Shown here: piece by piece, positions 1 to 5,301 of the stretch
Position numbering within the stretch: the stretch's first letter is position 1
How the letters are laid out: each line of letters opens with the position of its first letter
Virus record (IMG/VR): IMGVR_UViG_3300045988_074254
Span: 1 to 25,388 of that record
DNA from: a virus
Direction: 5' to 3' (one strand)
Length of the DNA stretch: 25,388 nt
Notes under the pieces: generated by a model
Seen by the model: only the letters and a program-made list of their open reading frames with translations
Database searches by the model: none
Told to the model about the DNA's origin: nothing
Program-made: the position numbers and the translations under genes

Positions 1-90
1 TTGATGTTATTTACATCATTATCTACGTGTTTTGATAACACTTTGTTGTTTTGTACCCCAAAATGTACCTCACCGCTTCACGCAAGAAAG

Positions 91-119
91 ATAATACAGT
101 ATAAACTATATTATGTCAA
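91..119 (-). promoter_or_regulatory. Candidate sigma-A-type promoter pointing out of the left edge of the window
   Basis: Minus strand reads TTGACA (119-114), 17 nt, TATTAT (96-91), starting 24 nt downstream of the endolysin stop. No ORF follows in the remaining ~90 nt, so any target is off-window. AT-rich DNA gives such matches by chance. Confidence 0.3.
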
Positions 120-142
120 ACATTTTTTTGTATTTTTTTATT

Positions 143-1219
143 TTATTCAATTTCTGTTAACGGTGTTGGATCAACCCAAACACCACCAATCTTGACAATA
201 TTCTTTTGAACATTCACTGCATCGACTCTGATTCTAGATACGTAGACTACTGCATTTGTGGTATGCAGTACATTGTCATTATATCCATCTGAATTTGGTA
301 CTTTGTCGACCAAACGAATTGGAAACCAACCACCTAATTGAGATAAGTAGCAACATAAATCATCACCAATCTTTTTCAAGCCTTGATTACCAATCTTCAT
401 ATGCACAGAAGTAACATAGCTGCCTTCGTGCAAGATTTGGTCGATAGCTTCTGCGCTAGACTGTGTGGCGCCAACTGGCACATGAGGGTCTGTATCAATA
501 CCAGCATCATTAGTCCATCCAATCGCTACTCCATTACGATCAACACGATATGGATATTTGGTTCCTTTAATTACTCTACCAATGACACCTGACCAATCAC
601 CTTTTTTAACTGTAGAAGTTCCGTAGCAATTCACACTCAATGTGTTTGTACAGATAGGTAAATTAACTGAATATTTTTCTCCACTTGGAGTTGTAGGTTT
701 TGGTGTTTCAACCTTTCCATCTAACTTTGCATTTACTTCATTAGCCAATTGTGGCATACGTGCTTCCAACCATGCTCCAGGGCATGATGTAGCCGCAAAC
801 ATTTTGTGCATAGTCAATGATCCGCTAGAATTTCCTGTATAGTTCAATCTAAATCCATATCGTTTACAAATATCAACACATAGATTCACCAAGCTATCCC
901 AAGTAGCTTGCGTCATTTCTCCAGTTGCGTTATTAATGTTTCCACATTCAATTGTAATTGATTGAGAATCATTCAACCAATTTGAACTTGTCCATGCAGC
1001 ATTTTCTTCATCAACACTGCATGCAATGTCTCCATTAATTCCAATACAATAATTGGAAGATGCTTGACGAGTATTTCGTGCAAAATAATCTGCGCATTGT
1101 TTACCACTCCATGCCGCAGCCATGTAGTGTGGAGTGATTTTACAAACCTTATATCCAAAACGACCATCATAATGTTGTGATGTTCTGTTACAATATGTTG
1201 CTAATCCGGAATACGACAT
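143..1219 (-). CDS. Endolysin: N-acetylmuramoyl-L-alanine amidase (Amidase_2/PGRP type) with a C-terminal putative cell-wall-binding region
   Basis: 358-aa ORF, last gene of the operon, just after the holin. The N-terminal ~170 aa carry Amidase_2-like motifs (KITPHYMAA, SSNYCIGINGDI, AWTSS..ND.SITIE, TMHKMFAATSCPG with His/Cys Zn ligands). A Pro/Thr linker (ETPKPTTPSGE) is followed by a ~170-aa C-terminal region that looks SH3b-like (tentative). Confidence 0.85.
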   Translation of the reverse strand: MSYSGLATYCNRTSQHYDGRFGYKVCKITPHYMAAAWSGKQCADYFARNTRQASSNYCIGINGDIACSVDEENAAWTSSNWLNDSQSITIECGNINNATGEMTQATWDSLVNLCVDICKRYGFRLNYTGNSSGSLTMHKMFAATSCPGAWLEARMPQLANEVNAKLDGKVETPKPTTPSGEKYSVNLPICTNTLSVNCYGTSTVKKGDWSGVIGRVIKGTKYPYRVDRNGVAIGWTNDAGIDTDPHVPVGATQSSAEAIDQILHEGSYVTSVHMKIGNQGLKKIGDDLCCYLSQLGGWFPIRLVDKVPNSDGYNDNVLHTTNAVVYVSRIRVDAVNVQKNIVKIGGVWVDPTPLTEIE

Positions 1220-1314
1220 TCTTCATCTACACCTTCTTCCTTGCCATTGCTTAATTCTTCTTTTGCTTCTTCTGATAGATTCTCATAATCTACTACTTTT
1301 TCTTCATCATTCAT
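1201..1314 (-). CDS. Unlisted 37-aa highly acidic ORF between holin and endolysin
   Basis: ATG at 1314 lies 7 nt after GGAGG. It translates to MNDEEKVVDYENLSEEAKEELSNGKEEGVDEECRIPD, with TAG at 1203-1201. It fills the 97-nt holin-lysin gap and overlaps the endolysin start by 19 nt. It is below the ORF-track length cut-off. Confidence 0.3.
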   Translation of the reverse strand: MNDEEKVVDYENLSEEAKEELSNGKEEGVDEECRIPD

Positions 1315-1316
1315 TA

Positions 1317-1538
1317 TTATTCCTCCGGTACACTAATTTCAGGTAATCCGCCAATACTAGTCAGCAACGAGACGATGCCTGACAAAAACGCTGACGAAAT
1401 TACAACTCGCCAATCAACGGCTTCCAATAATGCAGATGCTCCAATAACACCAACAGCAGTTTGAGCAATTGTCTTTAATGCTCTAATACTTGCATAATAG
1501 CCATATTGAATCCACCATTCTTTACTATATTTTTTCAT
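1317..1538 (-). CDS. Holin (two-TM, r1t/LL-H-like)
   Basis: 73 aa with two hydrophobic helices (TIAQTAVGVIGASALLEAV; VVISSAFLSGIVSLLTSIGG) and an acidic C-terminal tail. GGAGG lies 9 nt upstream of the ATG. It sits directly upstream of the amidase. Confidence 0.7.
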   Translation of the reverse strand: MKKYSKEWWIQYGYYASIRALKTIAQTAVGVIGASALLEAVDWRVVISSAFLSGIVSLLTSIGGLPEISVPEE

Positions 1539-1578
1539 TTACAAATACCTCCTATCCTAATAATAGTATTTAAATCGT

Positions 1579-1596
1579 TTGTACACTGTACAAAAT
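1579..1596 (-). promoter_or_regulatory. Box A: TTGTACACTGTACAAAAT (TGTACA-C-TGTACA), candidate late operator or promoter element upstream of the holin
   Basis: Identical 18-mer to 25320-25337, in the same orientation. It is intergenic, 41 nt upstream of the holin ATG, and its 3' end overlaps the U-tract of the cassette terminator. Confidence 0.45.
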
Positions 1597-1619
1597 AAAA
1601 GACCGTATTTAACGGCCTT
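1592..1619 (-). terminator. Intrinsic terminator closing the orphan cassette
   Basis: Minus-strand RNA AAGGCCGU-UAAAU-ACGGUCUU forms an 8-bp stem with one G-U pair, followed by UUAUUUU. The stem includes two bases of the stop codon of the 1618-2091 ORF. Confidence 0.6.
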
Positions 1620-2091
1620 ATTGATACATATTAAACATGTCTCGTATATGTGTCTTAATCATTGTTTTTTCTTCATCTGAATCAACGCATCCATGAATCA
1701 TAGTTACGATTTGTTGCATACATTTCATAGTCTTATCTAATTCACGATGAGACTTTTCTAAATCCATATCACCTTTTGTACGCTCATATTCTTCTTTGAA
1801 CGCTTTATATTTTTTCAAATGTTCTGCAAGCTTATAAACAATATCTTCTGTTTCTGGATCATGAATATTATATCCATCATTATCTTCTTTTAATCTTGCG
1901 ACAGTTGAAACTCCATCTTTTCCTATCTCAATTTGATATTTATTTCTCATTGCTTCTATAGTTTCAATGTCTTTGATATTATCTAAAGCTTGAGATAATG
2001 CGTGGAAATAAGATTCTGCATATCCGTATTTCTCTAACATGTTTACTGACTCATGCATTATCTTTTCATTAACTTCCATTGCTTTATGCAT
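1618..2091 (-). CDS. Hypothetical all-helical, Met/His-rich protein (cassette gene 5)
   Basis: The ORF track starts at GTG 2100 with no SD. The ATG at 2091 (MHKAMEV...) is preceded by TAGGTGA at 5 nt and is preferred. No recognisable family; charged and coiled-coil-like in composition. Confidence 0.55.
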   Translation of the reverse strand: MHKAMEVNEKIMHESVNMLEKYGYAESYFHALSQALDNIKDIETIEAMRNKYQIEIGKDGVSTVARLKEDNDGYNIHDPETEDIVYKLAEHLKKYKAFKEEYERTKGDMDLEKSHRELDKTMKCMQQIVTMIHGCVDSDEEKTMIKTHIRDMFNMYQ

Positions 2092-2100
2092 ATTTTTCAC

Positions 2101-2520
2101 CTACGCAATCTTTTTAATGATGATATTTGCATTTTGAACAGATAGATCTAAACCACTGTTATTTGCTAATGCAATTGTATAAGATGCGCCACATGGAACT
2201 TGAATTAGAGTGTCTCCACTTACATTTCCATACGCACTTGCAGTTGCAACAGTATAAATAGATTGTGTTCCACCAATTGCTTCTCCATTTAGCTCAAGCA
2301 CTAGAGAAGCTTGTCCTGGCGTTGCACTCGTAATATCCGCAGTATAAGTTATTTCATAGATACCTGGCTTTGTTAGTGTAAACAATCCACTTCCTAGATC
2401 ATGAGCAAGCCAACCTTTACATGGGCACTGGCAAGATTTGCTTCTTACTCTGTCTGTTGGAAATAATACATTTTGTCCATTCGCTACTGTCTGAACAGCC
2501 GTAGCAATACTATTAATCAT
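2101..2520 (-). CDS. BclA C-terminal-domain-like (C1q/TNF-like jelly-roll) protein without a collagen stalk (cassette gene 4)
   Basis: 139 aa; AGGAGG lies 8 nt upstream of the ATG. Motifs PGIYEITY, LVLELNGEAIGGT and the C-terminal NANIIIKKIA parallel, as I recall it, the Bacillus BclA CTD (GFYKITV, LTIQVNGVPVPGT, SASIIIEKVA). There are no G-X-Y repeats. Confidence 0.6.
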   Translation of the reverse strand: MINSIATAVQTVANGQNVLFPTDRVRSKSCQCPCKGWLAHDLGSGLFTLTKPGIYEITYTADITSATPGQASLVLELNGEAIGGTQSIYTVATASAYGNVSGDTLIQVPCGASYTIALANNSGLDLSVQNANIIIKKIA

Positions 2521-2544
2521 TTCTTTTATCCTCCTATTAAAATA

Positions 2545-2566
2545 GGGATAGCCTTTCGACTATCCC
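2545..2566 (-). terminator. Intra-cassette GNRA-tetraloop hairpin (attenuator or RNA-stability element)
   Basis: Minus-strand RNA GGGAUAGUC-GAAA-GGCUAUCCC forms a 9-bp stem with one G-U pair, followed by UAUUUUAAU and then the SD of the BclA-like gene. Only 25 nt remain before the ATG, so gene 4 must be expressed by read-through. Confidence 0.4.
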
Positions 2567-2607
2567 GTTAAATCCAAAGGCAATTGCCTAATCACATATG
2601 TGCTAGA

Positions 2608-3231
2608 TTATAAGTTGTTGTAGCCATTACATCCACATCCGTTGTTGTAAGCGTAATATGGTGAACATGTAATGTAAGCTGGTTTTGGTGTTGGCTGCAA
2701 AGTATTAATGATATTTGCTGATTGTGCCTGTTGACTTAATTGGAAATTAGCCGTCAATAAATCACGGTCACGATCAGCTAAACGATCACGTAATTCTTGC
2801 ATAGTATTTGCATTGATCAATGCACGTGTTGCTTCACCTTCTGAATGAATTGCTGTTGTAATGTCACAAGTATTTTTGAAACTTTGAGCATTTACATTGT
2901 CAATTGCTCGTTGAGTGTTGCAGCAGCATTCTTGTTGCTGAGCTTGCAAGTTTTGAAGTCCTAACTGATTAGTATAGCGACTTTCTAATACATCACGTTG
3001 AGTTTGACAACCTGTTTGAGATACATTTGTGTTTGTGTTAAAAATGTCTCGTTTAATGAATTCTTCATTCAATAAAGAATCATTTGTTAGGTTTCCGTTG
3101 CCATATCCTCCATATCCAAATAATACGAAGATTAGCAAGATCCAAATCCACCAACCTCCTCCGTCTCCAAAGCCGTCATTTCTTTCGGCTAAGTTGTAAG
3201 TTGGTTGAATTCCCATTCCGTTTTCCATCAT
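2608..3231 (-). CDS. Single-pass membrane protein with Gly/Trp-flanked TM helix, coiled-coil and Cys clusters (cassette gene 3)
   Basis: 207 aa; AAGGAG lies upstream of the ATG. The TM segment is GGGWWIWILLIFVLFGYGGYG (about aa 24-44). A Q/N-rich helical region contains GCQTQ, ECCCNTQ and NTCD. The C-terminus is ITCSPYYAYNNGCGCNGYNNL. Confidence 0.6.
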   Translation of the reverse strand: MMENGMGIQPTYNLAERNDGFGDGGGWWIWILLIFVLFGYGGYGNGNLTNDSLLNEEFIKRDIFNTNTNVSQTGCQTQRDVLESRYTNQLGLQNLQAQQQECCCNTQRAIDNVNAQSFKNTCDITTAIHSEGEATRALINANTMQELRDRLADRDRDLLTANFQLSQQAQSANIINTLQPTPKPAYITCSPYYAYNNGCGCNGYNNL

Positions 3232-3272
3232 ATATGTTCTCCTTTCTTTCTATAATAACGGTTTAGCCGTTG

Positions 3273-3515
3273 TTACCTGATTCCAAACTGTTTTGCCATT
3301 TGTTGCAGTTGTTGCTTTTGTTGTGGATTTAAATTACCCATCATCTGATTTAAAATCATTTGTGGATTTTGGCCACTGTTCATAAGCATTTGAAATTGTT
3401 GAAATGCTTGTGGATTTTTCTGCGACAACATATTCATTAACATTTGTTGGGGATTTCCCATATTCATCATATTCATTGGATTCATATTACCCATAATACT
3501 TTTTAAAGGATTCAT
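3273..3515 (-). CDS. 80-aa Met/Asn/Gln-rich repeat protein (cassette gene 2)
   Basis: The ATG overlaps the upstream stop as ATGA (3512-3515). It has 16 Met, 13 Asn, 17 Gln, six Asn-Pro dipeptides (NPL, NPM, NPQQ, NPQ, NPQ, NPQQ), no Asp or Glu, and five basic residues. Confidence 0.55.
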   Translation of the reverse strand: MNPLKSIMGNMNPMNMMNMGNPQQMLMNMLSQKNPQAFQQFQMLMNSGQNPQMILNQMMGNLNPQQKQQLQQMAKQFGIR

Positions 3516-3961
3516 TTTGTTTGTGCTCCTTTCTTTGGCTGTTCATTAGCTTGTTTTGGTGGTTTGCTTAATGCACATATCAAATCATCTAATTTCTTTT
3601 CGATTCCATTTACACGATTTTCTATACTGTTAGAAGCATCTTCCGTGATTTCTTCAAATTTAAATTTTTTAAATGTTCCATCTAAAGATTTCATATAAAA
3701 AATAGATTTATTGTTATCAAATAAAATCGTTGGTAAATTTGCATTCGCAAAGTTTCTAGCTTCATTCTCATCATTCACCCATTTTCCATTAAAATCAAAA
3801 TTACCTTGTTGTTGTGGTGTAATCTGATTATTAATATTGATAGGTGGAATATTTGCATACTGTTGTACTTGCTGAATTTGTTGATCTATCATTTGTCTTT
3901 GCTGCATCAAACTGTCAATTCGTGCTTGTGCTGGATTATAATTGTTATACATTTCAACCAC
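3512..3961 (-). CDS. Gln-rich hypothetical protein (cassette gene 1)
   Basis: 149 aa; AAGAGGTGG lies upstream of the ATG. The N-terminus is a Q-rich helix (LMQQRQMIDQQIQQVQQ), the middle looks globular (FNGKWVNDENEARNF...IFYMKSLDGTFKKFKFEEI), and the tail is C-terminal coiled-coil plus a basic end. Confidence 0.6.
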   Translation of the reverse strand: MVEMYNNYNPAQARIDSLMQQRQMIDQQIQQVQQYANIPPININNQITPQQQGNFDFNGKWVNDENEARNFANANLPTILFDNNKSIFYMKSLDGTFKKFKFEEITEDASNSIENRVNGIEKKLDDLICALSKPPKQANEQPKKGAQTK

Positions 3962-3978
3962 CTCTTTATTACGCTTTA

Positions 3979-4007
3979 ATTATATGGTTACGCAACAAAT
4001 AATTTAA
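3979..4007 (-). promoter_or_regulatory. Candidate promoter of the orphan cassette
   Basis: A perfect TATAAT (3984-3979) lies 17 nt from the start codon at 3961 and downstream of terminator 4035-4067. The -35 at 17-nt spacing is only TTAAAT (4007-4002). Confidence 0.3.
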
Positions 4008-4034
4008 TACTCGAATAATACTCATAAAATACCC

Positions 4035-4067
4035 AAAATAAAATGAGCAACCATTATAGATTGCTCA
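4035..4067 (-). terminator. Intrinsic terminator after the sigma-region-4-like gene
   Basis: Minus-strand RNA UGAGCAAUC-UAUAAU-GGUUGCUCA forms a 9-bp stem with one G-U pair, followed by UUUUAUUUU. The gene's stop codon lies in the loop. Confidence 0.6.
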
Positions 4068-4287
4068 CATATTTATCGAACATTTTTCTTGCTTTGCATA
4101 CTCTGTTCCTTATGGTTTGTACTTCCATATGTAATGCATCTGCAATTTCGGTACATGACATATCATATACATATCTCATAATCAAAATCTGTTCATATTT
4201 CTTTCTTAATCCAACAGATTTGATAAGTATTAATGCATCATTAGGACGTATCTCTTTTAATCTGTTAGCTTTGTTAATATAAACCAC
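4054..4287 (-). CDS. Stand-alone sigma-70 region-4-like (or YlxM-like) HTH protein
   Basis: 77 aa. KKYEQILIMRYVYDMSCTEIADALHMEVQTIRNRVCKARKMF matches the region 4.2 HTH pattern, and regions 2 and 3 are absent. The GTG start has a poor SD, so the start is uncertain; it may be coupled to the upstream stop 9 nt away. Confidence 0.5.
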   Translation of the reverse strand: MVYINKANRLKEIRPNDALILIKSVGLRKKYEQILIMRYVYDMSCTEIADALHMEVQTIRNRVCKARKMFDKYVSNL

Positions 4288-4295
4288 CGCCTTAA

Positions 4296-4529
4296 TTAAA
4301 TTCGTTGGTTTGAATTAGCTTCGCAAGAACAATTATTCACATGATCATCTTTCCAATAACCACAACAAACAATAGTAGAATAAAGAACAATAATCACTAA
4401 AACCAATACTGTAATAATCGTTCTACTTGTTTTATAGTTTCTATCAATTAATTTTGAGCAAAAACCATAAATGTTATCTACTTTTTCTTCTACATTTTGA
4501 AGTTTCTTGTTTGCATCTTTAATATCCAT
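4296..4529 (-). CDS. XhlA-like membrane protein (N-terminal coiled-coil, C-terminal TM, Cys-rich tail)
   Basis: 77 aa. The coiled-coil is ANKKLQNVEEKVDNI, the TM is TIITVLVLVIIVLYSTIVCCGYW, and the tail is NNCSCE. It lies after the XkdX-like gene, as in PBSX. Confidence 0.45.
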   Translation of the reverse strand: MDIKDANKKLQNVEEKVDNIYGFCSKLIDRNYKTSRTIITVLVLVIIVLYSTIVCCGYWKDDHVNNCSCEANSNQRI

Positions 4530-4812
4530 TTTTATTACGATCCTCCAACGCTTCTACACGTTTAAACAAAGTAGTTATTTGTTCTTTTATTTGAGAAAGC
4601 TCCACTTCCATTGAATTGCTTCCTTTTTTAATTTCTGAAATTGAATCTTTAATATCACTTAAATCTGATTTAATATGTTCTAATTCATTCTTCAAAAATG
4701 CCATATTGGATATTTGCTCTCCATCCATCTTACGTGTGCCACGATTATACGTAATAAATGCAATTACAAGCATGCATGCAGAAATAATAACACTAAGATA
4801 TTCTCCACTCAT
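4519..4812 (-). CDS. Membrane-anchored coiled-coil protein (N-terminal TM)
   Basis: 97 aa. The TM is LSVIISACMLVIAFITY, followed by NRGTRK. The heptad-like region is ELEHIKSDLSDIKDSISEIKK...LSQIKEQITTLFKRVEALE. The SD is AGGTGAT. Confidence 0.5.
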   Translation of the reverse strand: MSGEYLSVIISACMLVIAFITYNRGTRKMDGEQISNMAFLKNELEHIKSDLSDIKDSISEIKKGSNSMEVELSQIKEQITTLFKRVEALEDRNKNGY

Positions 4813-4823
4813 AAAAACATCAC

Positions 4824-4946
4824 CTATTTATTAACGATAGAATTTTTTTGTTCTACACTAATCCATCCAATAGAAGCAAAAATTTCTAAATCATTATTTG
4901 TAAATAAACCTAATTCATAATACGATTTAATTAATTCATAACTCAT
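4824..4946 (-). CDS. xkdX: XkdX-family small phage protein (unlisted ORF)
   Basis: A 40-aa ORF, MSYELIKSYYELGLFTNNDLEIFASIGWISVEQKNSIVNK, fills the 4813-4947 gap. The pattern (YYE.GL.T..D...FV..G.I) fits XkdX as I recall it. GGGGTGA lies upstream of the ATG at 4946. Confidence 0.6.
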   Translation of the reverse strand: MSYELIKSYYELGLFTNNDLEIFASIGWISVEQKNSIVNK

Positions 4947-4947
4947 A

Positions 4948-5292
4948 CTACTTCACCCCATTCATCTGAGCTTTTAACTGTGCGATTTGTAACATTAATT
5001 GTGCGTTAATCTTCTCTTGCTCAGTTGGCACTGCTTTTGGTTCTTCGATTGTTGGTTTGTCTCCTTCTGCAACCTCAATCACTTTACCTTCTACAAATTT
5101 GTAGTTATATCGACCTAATTCATCAACTAATCCTTTTTCTAGATACTGACTTTGAGCATGAGCGTATTTATCACCTTGTCCTTTGTCAATCTCTGTCATA
5201 GTTGACATTTCTTCTTCTGATAAGAAGATTTCTGAATTAATAGATGTGATGTATCCATCTTGTAATGATACATATACTTTATATTCGTTCAT
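4948..5292 (-). CDS. Hypothetical protein in the XkdW position (possible fibre accessory or chaperone)
   Basis: 114 aa, between the receptor-binding fibre and XkdX, with a C-terminal coiled-coil (INAQLMLQIAQLKAQM). The assignment is positional only. Confidence 0.4.
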   Translation of the reverse strand: MNEYKVYVSLQDGYITSINSEIFLSEEEMSTMTEIDKGQGDKYAHAQSQYLEKGLVDELGRYNYKFVEGKVIEVAEGDKPTIEEPKAVPTEQEKINAQLMLQIAQLKAQMNGVK

Positions 5293-5301
5293 AGCTTCCT
5301 C

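Noticed and set aside
1-195. Plus-strand 64-aa ORF at the left edge (MMLFTSLST...)
   Set aside because: It is hydrophobic and low-complexity, has no SD, overlaps the 3' end of the endolysin antisense, and lies in an AT-rich spacer. It is most likely a chance ORF.
2101-2520. Calling the BclA-like gene a bona fide collagen-like exosporium protein or a tail fibre
   Set aside because: It has no G-X-Y collagen repeats and no N-terminal targeting motif, and it is separated from the fibre genes by a terminator. Only the C-terminal-domain similarity is supported.
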